A stretch of 61,379 nt of DNA, the filler included, from Candidatus Aminicenantales bacterium (GTDB lineage: Bacteria > Acidobacteriota > Aminicenantia > Aminicenantales > Saccharicenantaceae): NCBI GenBank assembly GCA_049512315.1. It is 4 parts of 4 records of this genome, joined end to end, with 100 filler letters (N's around TTAATTAATTAA, not from the genome) between each part and the next. Parts side by side here need not be neighbours in the genome. Positions count along the whole stretch, not along the records: positions 1 to 19,268 come from JBEKXF010000050.1; 3 more parts are not named here. One strand, 5' to 3'. Numbering within the stretch: the first letter of the stretch is position 1; each line of letters opens with the position of its first letter. Position numbers and translations under genes: made by a program. This document shows, piece after piece, positions 1-7,587 of the stretch. The notes beneath the pieces were generated by a model. The model was not told the origin of the DNA, ran no database searches, and saw nothing but the letters and a program-made list of their open reading frames with translations.

Positions 1-40
1 GATTTTTACGCTAGAATCGGCGTCCGGGAAGGAGCGGAGG

Positions 41-136
41 ATGAAGAAGAATCGGTTCAAGGAGGTTAAGATCGCCTTCCACATGCGGAAGGCATACCAC
101 GCTATATATCACATATATGTCATAAAAAATGCTTAA
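41..136 (+). pseudogene. Possible remnant of an IS3-family OrfA N-terminus
   Basis: MKKNRFKEVKIAFHMRKA follows a GGAGG SD and resembles the MKKSRFxEEQIAxxLRxA start of IS3 OrfA proteins. It degenerates after about 18 codons. Confidence 0.25.
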
Positions 137-163
137 ACCCGCCTTCTATGATAGCGAAACGCA

Positions 164-318
164 AGCCCTTTGAGACATTTCTCTTCTCTCTATTTTCATA
201 ACTGCCTCGGCTTCTTGAACCACCCTTCTATCCGCGCCATGATGCGCACCATAACATTCGATTTCGGCTCCTAAACCTAATTCAGAACGCGACCCTCGCG
301 GGCCCGTTAAGGCGGGAC
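164..318 (-). ncRNA. Putative bridge RNA / seekRNA in the IS right end
   Basis: Non-coding region directly after the transposase stop. It contains 7-9 nt matches to both target flanks and a shorter match to the donor junction. RNA boundaries are approximate. Confidence 0.75.
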
Positions 319-1353
319 CTAGGCAGCCGATTGCTTCATGACATCCGGGATATAATCTCTCTTCTCCGTCAGGATGCGATAAATGATGGTCAAGAGCCGG
401 CGGGCCACAGCGATCTTGGCCACGTTCGGTCCTTTTCTCCGGGCCAGCCGGCCGTACATGGTCCGTAGCACGAGGTCCTTCTTGACCGCCGGGTACACCG
501 CTTCCAAAGCCGCCCACCTCAGCCAGCTGCTCCCTTGCTTGGTGATGGACCCGTGATACGTCCTCTCCCCCGATGAGTGCGTCGAAGGTATCAGCCCGGC
601 ATAGGAATGAAGATCTGCCGCCCTCGGAAACCGCTTGACGTCCGCGATCTCGACCGCCACTAAGACCGACAGCGTCTTGCCAAAACCCGGCACGGTGTCG
701 ATCCGTGGCGCCTCTTCCATCTCTCCATAGAGGGTGTTCACCAACCCATCCGACTTCTTGATATGGGTCTGGATCTCTTCGTATCCTTGGACAAGATCCC
801 TTAAAATCTCCTTCTCTCTGCTCTCCAGCGGCAGTTCGGCCACGAACTCTATGCCCTTCGAGCTGAACAGCCCGCTCTCCCGCTTCTCCACCGCCAACCG
901 CACTTCCTCCCTCTGTTGAGCCAACAGCACCCGGATCTTGTTCTTCACTTCGGTCTGCTTGCGAACCCAATAAGCCCGCAGCCTGATCACCCGTTGCGCC
1001 CGCCGGTTCCACTCCTTCCGCTGGTAGACCTCCGGGATGAGATCCGCCCTTAACAGGTGGGCCAACATCCGGGAGTCTCGCTTGTCGGTCTTGATCCGGG
1101 CATGGGCAATCGCCTTGACCTGAAGCGCGTTGGCAATCTTCACCTCGCCGCCCAGCTCCCGAAGCAGGTCCGCCATGACATATGACGAGCGACCGGCCTC
1201 CAATACAGCGGTGAACGGACGGCAGCCGTCTAGGAACCGGTCCACATCCCTCCTGAAGTTGGGGACCCGCCCGTTCTTCCGCTCCTGCCCATCCTCGTCC
1301 AAGACCGTCATCACAGAGACTTGCTTGTGATGGTCCACGCCGATAAAATACAA
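319..1353 (-). CDS. IS110-family (DEDD RuvC-like) transposase/recombinase, 344 aa
   Basis: N-terminal IGVDHHK, LEA, KTDKRDS, PGFG and YAGLIPSTHSSG motifs. TTG start with AAGGAGG SD. Confidence 0.96.
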   Translation of the reverse strand: MYFIGVDHHKQVSVMTVLDEDGQERKNGRVPNFRRDVDRFLDGCRPFTAVLEAGRSSYVMADLLRELGGEVKIANALQVKAIAHARIKTDKRDSRMLAHLLRADLIPEVYQRKEWNRRAQRVIRLRAYWVRKQTEVKNKIRVLLAQQREEVRLAVEKRESGLFSSKGIEFVAELPLESREKEILRDLVQGYEEIQTHIKKSDGLVNTLYGEMEEAPRIDTVPGFGKTLSVLVAVEIADVKRFPRAADLHSYAGLIPSTHSSGERTYHGSITKQGSSWLRWAALEAVYPAVKKDLVLRTMYGRLARRKGPNVAKIAVARRLLTIIYRILTEKRDYIPDVMKQSAA

Positions 1354-1728
1354 CCGCGCACCTCCTTAAGAGATTTTGGTCCGACGAGTAATCTAGCACA
1401 GCATTACCCGTCAAGGAGGTGCGTTTCGCTATCATGTTACCTAATTCTGATTAAAGGTGCTTAAGAGGAAAACGTCGTTCATATGGGGGAAACCAGATTT
1501 TCCCCTGGCAGATGCCGATTCCCATAGGTCATTCCTAATCCGTTTGTCGCCTGTTCGAGTCAGGGCAGGGGCATTTTATTTAATTCACTGATTCTGAAAA
1601 TGTCGGGGAGGGGGCAATAGGTCGGTGATCAGTTGCCCTTCAGCCCGGCCAACGGCGACCTCGATTGATTAAAGAGCAGTGGGTCAACTTAAAAAATCAG
1701 CGTTCGTACTGGAGTATTTTTACAAACT

Positions 1729-1995
1729 TCATTTGTTCTGCTGCTCCTCACTGCCTTTTGTGCAGAAATAGAAATTCTTTAGGCCCGATTTGCTCTTAAG
1801 AGGGCAGGTTCCGCAGATACATCCCTTCTCTTTGATGATGCACTTGCTCTTACCCATGATCAGGCAAAAAGCTTTTTCATGAGTTGCGCCTTGCTTGCTG
1901 CAATCTACGTAGTTTGGACAACCTTCACAAATACACAATTTGATTATTTCCGCATTTTGCATCTCAGGTTTTGCTGGCATTTCTTTTTTCATCAT
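1729..1995 (-). CDS. Small Cys-rich metal-binding protein (DUF2769-like)
   Basis: CICEGCP..C..FC..GKSKCI..GCICGTCP..FC pattern. Confidence 0.75.
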   Translation of the reverse strand: MMKKEMPAKPEMQNAEIIKLCICEGCPNYVDCSKQGATHEKAFCLIMGKSKCIIKEKGCICGTCPLKSKSGLKNFYFCTKGSEEQQNK

Positions 1996-2003
1996 TCTAT
2001 CTC

Positions 2004-2933
2004 CTAATTTGAGTCATAGTCATATTTCCAGTCAGTTCGTTTCGTATTTTTCACCAGCTTCGCAGCATGGATAACATTCTCGGCGATCAATTTCGTTGAG
2101 CCTTCATAACATTCTCCCAGGACTATTTTTTTGTCTGCAAAGGTCGAGTTGCATACAGATGACATGGCATACATGTTGCTGAATGGCGGAAATAGCATGC
2201 CAAAATGATTGAAGGTCATAAATAAGTTTGAGATGACCATTGAAGCACCTTCTTCATGGCCTGTGACGATGACTCCCGCAACCTTACCGATGAATCTTCT
2301 CAGCATACCGCTCCCGGGCACATTATTGTCTGCCGTGAGCTCAACAAACTTCATATGCTTGATATTAAGCTCCTTATCCTTGGGGACTTTTGGGTTGGCT
2401 GGTTTCAGGCTTCCGTCCAGACTGATGCACCTGTCGATAAAAGCTTTCAGCGGCGTCGAGACGTTAAAATTATTCACAGGTGTTGCTATGATCAAACAAT
2501 CTGCTTCCAGGATCTTGTCATATAGAATATTGCTCATATCATCGGCTTTGGGCGTTCCCTTGGGGTAGCAGGAGCAGTAAAAGTGGCATTGCGTGTTGGT
2601 TGTCGAGTAGCACGCCTTGCAATGTTCTATCCGGAACTCCCTCAGTTTGATGAGCTCAGTTTCTGCTCCGAGTTCTTTGCAGTGCTCAAGACAGACTTTT
2701 AGAAGCTCTTCAGAATTTGATTCTTCCTGGGCCATGTCATACTTGTCCCTTGCAGAGCCGGATATGCCAAGGACCTTAATTCTCTTTGTCTCGCTTTTCT
2801 TTACGCCCATCAACTCCGCTTCTTTGACTGTTTCCCTCTGGATTTGCTTAAAGCGTCCCAATGTTTTGGCATCGACTTGAAGAATTTTCATCAGTTTCTG
2901 GTCGGACAACTTCTTGCTCGCCAATTCTTTCAT
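2004..2933 (-). CDS. Flavodoxin family / NADPH-dependent FMN reductase (iron-sulfur flavoprotein-like)
   Basis: VLGISGSAR, CKAC..C..C cluster, ADCLIIATPV, LKAFIDR. Confidence 0.85.
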   Translation of the reverse strand: MKELASKKLSDQKLMKILQVDAKTLGRFKQIQRETVKEAELMGVKKSETKRIKVLGISGSARDKYDMAQEESNSEELLKVCLEHCKELGAETELIKLREFRIEHCKACYSTTNTQCHFYCSCYPKGTPKADDMSNILYDKILEADCLIIATPVNNFNVSTPLKAFIDRCISLDGSLKPANPKVPKDKELNIKHMKFVELTADNNVPGSGMLRRFIGKVAGVIVTGHEEGASMVISNLFMTFNHFGMLFPPFSNMYAMSSVCNSTFADKKIVLGECYEGSTKLIAENVIHAAKLVKNTKRTDWKYDYDSN

Positions 2934-3168
2934 ACTCCCCTCCCTCTTCGACAGCCGGCAAAATCCGGCGCGAAGAAACTAACAACAATGACTCGCAAAA
3001 TAATTTTCTAACCTAAAAAAAGAACCAAATAGGGGAGCGCCTCATCGCCTGTCCGCTCGGCACGAGGCCCCGCTAATTGCAGCGCGACGTCGCAGGCTGG
3101 GCGGCGGCCGAGGCCGCCAGGATAACCGAGAATGCCTTCGAAGCGATGATGACCGCTAGTGCTTTTCC

Positions 3169-3513
3169 TCACGCGGACTTCTCCAAATACTCCTTCAGGG
3201 CGACCGCGTTGTTGTATTTCGTTTCCTTGGCCCCGTAGACGAGCGTCACCGTCCCGCGCTTGGCCTCCGCGAGAAGATCGGCGATTTCCTTCCGACCCTT
3301 CAATTCCCTAAAGTAACGCCGTTTGAATTCGCCCCATTTGTCAGGTTCGTGCCCGAACCATTTTCTCAGGCCGGTCGTGGGGGAGACCTCCTTCGTCCAG
3401 AGGTCGATCTTGGCCTTGTCCTTGGTCAGACCGCGCGGCCAAAGCCTGTCCACCAGCACCCGAAGCCCGTCGCCGGCTTCGGGCTCGTCGTACGCCCTTT
3501 TGATCTTGATCAT
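3169..3513 (-). CDS. DUF488 (YeaO-like) family protein
   Basis: IKRAYD..DGLRVLVDRLWPRG..LRKWFGH..NNAVAL. Confidence 0.92.
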   Translation of the reverse strand: MIKIKRAYDEPEAGDGLRVLVDRLWPRGLTKDKAKIDLWTKEVSPTTGLRKWFGHEPDKWGEFKRRYFRELKGRKEIADLLAEAKRGTVTLVYGAKETKYNNAVALKEYLEKSA

Positions 3514-3525
3514 GGCGCCGTCTCC

Positions 3526-3765
3526 TCAACCGAGGTCCAGAGTCCCGATCTCGGGGATGCGTTCGAGGACTTCCGACCCATGGGGCGCCATGGATTCCAG
3601 GTCCGCCGTCAGGTCCTTTCCGGCCTGATGCAGCCCTTGATGATCGCCGTCCGCCCAGAGGAGGCTCTTCGTAACGTCGTAGATTCTCCCCTTGTAGGCG
3701 ACGAAGGCGGGCTCCCCGTTCTCCCCGTTGTTCTTTGCCAGGTCATCTTGGCTCAAAGTTCTCAT
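3526..3765 (-). CDS. Cytochrome b5-like heme/steroid-binding protein
   Basis: NGENG..AFVAYKGRIYDVT..W..G.H...H.AGKDLT..APHG. Confidence 0.88.
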   Translation of the reverse strand: MRTLSQDDLAKNNGENGEPAFVAYKGRIYDVTKSLLWADGDHQGLHQAGKDLTADLESMAPHGSEVLERIPEIGTLDLG

Positions 3766-4001
3766 GAGATGAGTTTCTTCCCTTCATTGAAGACATGAAT
3801 GCAGGTCACCGGACAGCTTTCGGCGGCCGCGATGTTGCACTTCACGTCGTCCATTTCCAGCTCTTCGTTCTCGCCGACACCGGTCGAGTCGATGAGATGA
3901 GAGAGTCCGTCCCCGGCCATCTCCCAAAATTCGGGACAGATGGCGACGCAATTCTCGCAGGCGATGCACAGGGGCCTTTCGATCTCGACCTTGTAACTCA
4001 T
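3762..4001 (-). CDS. Single-cluster ferredoxin
   Basis: CIACENCVAICP and AAESCPVTCI. ATGA overlap with the next gene. Confidence 0.9.
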   Translation of the reverse strand: MSYKVEIERPLCIACENCVAICPEFWEMAGDGLSHLIDSTGVGENEELEMDDVKCNIAAAESCPVTCIHVFNEGKKLIS

Positions 4002-4027
4002 TTGAGGGCCAGATGTTTATCCCCTGC

Positions 4028-4468
4028 TCAGCCGGTCTTCCTGGCACGCAGAGTGATCGTCGTTCCGGCCAGGGCCCGGGAGACAGGACAGCCCGCCTTG
4101 GCACTTTCGGCCAACGCTTGGAAAGCCTTCTCCTCGATCCCCGGCACGTCCGCCTCGGTGGTCAGGTTCACAGCCGTTATCCTGAAGCCGTCCCCGACCT
4201 TCTCGAGGCCGACCTCGGCCTCCGTCTGGATGCGTTTCGGGGGCGTGCCGGCCTGGGATAGCATCAGCGCGAAGGCCATAGAAAAGCAGCCGGCATGCGC
4301 GGCGGCGAGAAGCTCCTCGGGATTCGTCCCCGGCCCCTGCTCGAACCGGGAGGCGAACGAGTACGGGCCCTCGTAGGCCCCCCGGCCCACTTTCATGCGG
4401 CCCCGTCCGTCCTTGAGCGAGCCTTCCCGTAATCGGAGCGATTGAAATGGTATTCCGGCCCCCGCCAT
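4028..4468 (-). CDS. osmC: OsmC-family peroxiredoxin, N-terminus possibly replaced
   Basis: YSFASRFE..GTNPEELLAAAHAGCFSMA..AKAGCPVSRAL. The first ~13 residues are atypical. Confidence 0.85.
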   Translation of the reverse strand: MAGAGIPFQSLRLREGSLKDGRGRMKVGRGAYEGPYSFASRFEQGPGTNPEELLAAAHAGCFSMAFALMLSQAGTPPKRIQTEAEVGLEKVGDGFRITAVNLTTEADVPGIEEKAFQALAESAKAGCPVSRALAGTTITLRARKTG

Positions 4469-4471
4469 GTG

Positions 4472-6118
4472 TCAAGAACTCAAAGTCCTAAGGGCCCGAG
4501 CTCTTCCTCGATCATCCCCCGGGTTGATCGGAATGCCGAACCCGCCGCCATCGGCGATATATTCCATCATCTCGCGCTCGCAGTCCTCCAACTCTTCCCT
4601 TGCCGCCGACTCCCTTTCGTGCCCGAGGTCCGGGTGCTCGTGCCTGTGGGCGACTAGTCCGGGCGTCGGCTGCCTTGCTACTATTCTTTTGCACACGTGG
4701 TAGATCGCCCCGGCCGCTGCCGAGGCCATGTCGTCATTGGCGTTCTTCGGGTGGTCGATCCTTTCGGCTCCACTGGGCAGCGTCTGGAGTTCGAGCCGCT
4801 TCAGCTGGTCAATCAGCTTTTTGTTGTCCAGAAGGACCACGGCTCCGGCTTGGAGGAGCGCCTTCAGCTTAAGGTAGAACTCCGTCGCGCTGGCCTTGCT
4901 CTGGCTCAGGGCGATTCGGTGCCGCCTGAGTTGGCTCTCTAGCGAGGCGAACGCGTACCTGTCGCCCCAGCACTCGTCGATTCCGTATTCTCGAAGAAGG
5001 CCGGCATATTCGTCGATGACCTGGATGAAGTCGAACGGGGGAACGTTCTCTCGGACAAGGTCTAGATAAACCATTTCGTTGGAGGCGTGGGCGATGGCCA
5101 GCGTCATGCTGTCGGTCTTGCCCGCCGACGCGTCGATGAAGGCAACGTATTTCATGCCCTTTTCAGGCGGTGTTTCTGAGCCCTTGGCCGCGGCCCGGAG
5201 CTTCTCCTCATCGAAGAGCGCCCCAATGTCGTCCCGGAAAACGGCCTCGTATTCGGCCCTGCAGCGTTCGGGGTCCCTTTCCATGTCTCGGGCGATCTTC
5301 CTGTCTGAGAAGGTCGGGTTCAGAAGTTTCGTCGGGGCCTTGAAGACGAGGGTGTCGGCGTCGTCTCGCCCCCAGAACTTTTCATGGAGAACCCAGAGTG
5401 ACCCCGCCTTCCTATTCGGGCTGGAGATTCCTATCAGCCGGCCGCCCGGGATGATCGAGGGCGTCAGGGCCGAAACGAGCTCGTCGACGTTGTCGTTCGG
5501 GAAGAACGCCACCTCGTCGAGGACGACCAGGGCAAGGCGCCAGCCCCTGACCGACCTGAAGTCCGACGCCTTGACCGCGATGTGGGCCCCGTTGGCGAGG
5601 TCGAGCTCGTCGTTCGTCTCGCGCCTGACGAGCCTCTGGAAGGGCTTGAGGAACCGCTTGATGTTGCCGAAGACGATGCCCGCCTGCTCCCGCGTGTCGG
5701 CCAGGCAGAAGATGTTCCACTGTTCGCCCGGGCCGACCTTCTTCTCCCAGCCGCCCAGGGCCGCCTCGTAGGCCGCCACGAAGCCCATCGTCGTGGACTT
5801 CCCGCCCTGCCTCCCGGCGATGATGAAAACCTCCTCGTAGCCCCCGGTCCTGGGGAACATGCGGCCCGTGCAAGTTCGGAAGATTTCGAGCTCGGGCGGG
5901 GTAAGCGGAAGACCGTAGATCGCCTTCAGGCAGACCACCCAGTTCGACCACGTCGCGGGGTCGTGGAACTGCTTCCCGAAGGCCCGCCTGTCGAGCATGG
6001 CCTCGACGATGTTCCCGGGGTGGGTCTTTTCGCTGTGGCGGACGCAGAACAGTTCGCCCCGGAGGGCCTTCATGCCGCAGGGGCGGCCGTCCACGCGGAG
6101 CGCCTGGCATTGGGCCAT
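4472..6118 (-). CDS. Terminase large subunit-like ATPase-nuclease with N-terminal CCCH zinc finger
   Basis: Walker A GRQGGKST, Walker B VVLDEVAF, motif III ISSP, RNase H-like FIDASAG..DS and C-terminal DDMASA. Confidence 0.85.
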   Translation of the reverse strand: MAQCQALRVDGRPCGMKALRGELFCVRHSEKTHPGNIVEAMLDRRAFGKQFHDPATWSNWVVCLKAIYGLPLTPPELEIFRTCTGRMFPRTGGYEEVFIIAGRQGGKSTTMGFVAAYEAALGGWEKKVGPGEQWNIFCLADTREQAGIVFGNIKRFLKPFQRLVRRETNDELDLANGAHIAVKASDFRSVRGWRLALVVLDEVAFFPNDNVDELVSALTPSIIPGGRLIGISSPNRKAGSLWVLHEKFWGRDDADTLVFKAPTKLLNPTFSDRKIARDMERDPERCRAEYEAVFRDDIGALFDEEKLRAAAKGSETPPEKGMKYVAFIDASAGKTDSMTLAIAHASNEMVYLDLVRENVPPFDFIQVIDEYAGLLREYGIDECWGDRYAFASLESQLRRHRIALSQSKASATEFYLKLKALLQAGAVVLLDNKKLIDQLKRLELQTLPSGAERIDHPKNANDDMASAAAGAIYHVCKRIVARQPTPGLVAHRHEHPDLGHERESAAREELEDCEREMMEYIADGGGFGIPINPGDDRGRARALRTLSS

Positions 6119-6126
6119 CGGCGGAC

Positions 6127-6714
6127 TCAGGCCTCCTGGAGACTTGCCCTTACGTCAGTAGGCAAGGCGAGCGGCCGTATCACCCTGGCCTTAACCATCT
6201 CGTCCAGCTTGGCCCTGATCGCCAGGAGGTCCCTCTTCGGCCGCAGTTCCCTGACGGAGACGACCCGCCGTTGCTCCTTCAGATAGCCAGGATGGCAGCC
6301 ATCCTGCATCCTCTCGACGGCTTCCTTGATAATCAGTTTCTTCACCCAAACAAGTGGATCGTCGATGTCCACGGGCGCAAGCCTGGGGACCCCACGATAT
6401 GCCGAGACGCTCTCCTGGTTTATTCTTAGCACTTCGTGCTCGTGGGCCTCGTTCACGATTTCCAGGATCCAGCGGCCTTCCCACGACGGGGGAGGCGCCC
6501 ATTTCGGGTTGACCTTGTGGCTCACGCTGCCGTCCTTCTCGAATACGATCCGGCTGTAGCGGGCATAGCTCGTCGTGGGCGCGATCGAGTGGATCCGCTT
6601 CGTCTCGCCCGGGCCGAGCCTCAGCATCTCCTTCCTGTACTCCAGGACGATCTTTTCCCCGTCGGTCTTGTTGACCAACTCGGTTTCAAACAAGTCATTA
6701 GGGTTTATTTCCAT
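6127..6714 (-). CDS. Hypothetical protein (paralogue of 6861-7385)
   Basis: 195-aa ORF with AGGAG SD. Shares collinear motifs with its neighbour. Confidence 0.8.
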   Translation of the reverse strand: MEINPNDLFETELVNKTDGEKIVLEYRKEMLRLGPGETKRIHSIAPTTSYARYSRIVFEKDGSVSHKVNPKWAPPPSWEGRWILEIVNEAHEHEVLRINQESVSAYRGVPRLAPVDIDDPLVWVKKLIIKEAVERMQDGCHPGYLKEQRRVVSVRELRPKRDLLAIRAKLDEMVKARVIRPLALPTDVRASLQEA

Positions 6715-6860
6715 TTGTTACTCCTAAAAGGGAATGGAGGGCGGGGCGGGAGCACGTTCCGTCAGGAGCAGACCCGGCCGCCCCCGTCCCGCCGCATTCT
6801 TTTGTTGCACCAGGCGATTTGAGAAGAGGAGCAGTTCGAATGAAGCCAGTTTCTGTCCTT

Positions 6861-7385
6861 TCATCTCTCGCTTCCCGCCTTCGCCAGAATCTCGTCAAGC
6901 CTCCTGAGGTCCGCCTCGCCGCGCTCGATCCAGTCGTCCCTGAGGCTCTCCCGCCTATAAGCGTAGCCTCGGAACGTCCTCGACTCGACCCATTCCGCGG
7001 TCACCGCGATGCGGAGCTCCTTGCAGGCGGCGAGCGGGGAGCTGAGCGGGCAGGACACGATGACCGGGATGCCGCGGGGGACATGGACCTCGCCGACGCC
7101 CTCGAGCTCCCTGGTCTCCACGTCCCCGCCGTCCATGTTCCTGAGGACGATGGGCCATTCCCCGAAGGCCGCCTGAGGCATTTCGAAGCCGGGGCGCGGA
7201 GTCAGGACGACGCCGCCGTCGGGCGCCCACTCGACGCGGGAATATCGGCTGTAGAGGGTGCGGGGCGAGACGCTCTCCAGGGTCCTCCTGTTGCCCGGAA
7301 GGATGGCGAAAAGGGGCGGGCCTGTCGTGTCCCAGACCGTGATCGGCCTGCTCGTAGAATTGATAAACTCGGTTTCGTATGTCAT
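6861..7385 (-). CDS. Hypothetical protein (paralogue of 6127-6714)
   Basis: 174-aa ORF with GGAGG SD. Shares collinear motifs with its neighbour. Confidence 0.8.
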   Translation of the reverse strand: MTYETEFINSTSRPITVWDTTGPPLFAILPGNRRTLESVSPRTLYSRYSRVEWAPDGGVVLTPRPGFEMPQAAFGEWPIVLRNMDGGDVETRELEGVGEVHVPRGIPVIVSCPLSSPLAACKELRIAVTAEWVESRTFRGYAYRRESLRDDWIERGEADLRRLDEILAKAGSER

Positions 7386-7587
7386 TTTCGTTCCCTCCGC
7401 ATAGACTAGGGGAAACGGATTCAGTTTCCGGGAGTTTTGGTAAATCGCTGGGGGGAGAGGGGGGCCTAAGGGGAATCGAACCTCTGACCGGAGTCGAAGT
7501 CCATGCGCCGCATGTTCAAATCAAGGCGGGGAGTAGGTCGTTTGTATCGCCAATTCAAGGTAGGTCTGGTGGGTTGATGAGAGAAAA

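Larger units (their letters stand above)
146..1442 (-). mobile_element. Complete IS110-family insertion sequence, IS1111 group
   Basis: Perfect 16-bp sub-terminal inverted repeats (ATGATAGCGAAACGCA 148-163; TGCGTTTCGCTATCAT 1420-1435). A CT core (+ strand) sits at 146-147 and 1441-1442. Short left end, long non-coding right end, DEDD transposase. Confidence 0.92.

Noticed and set aside
146..1435. 429-aa alternative-frame ORF spanning the IS exactly from one inverted repeat to the other
   Set aside because: Its ATG and TAG come from the inverted repeats and core. The sequence is low-complexity and Gly/Arg-rich with no motif. Most likely a shadow of the transposase, although the exact span is curious.
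2947..2980. GGCAAA..GCGAAG resembling a c-di-GMP-I riboswitch
   Set aside because: The GNRA/receptor stem and P1 pairing are absent, and the orientation is wrong for the adjacent minus-strand gene.
6127..7385. Calling the paralogue pair capsid (single jelly-roll) proteins
   Set aside because: No sequence evidence, and such capsids pair with FtsK-type ATPases rather than terminases. Left as unknown.
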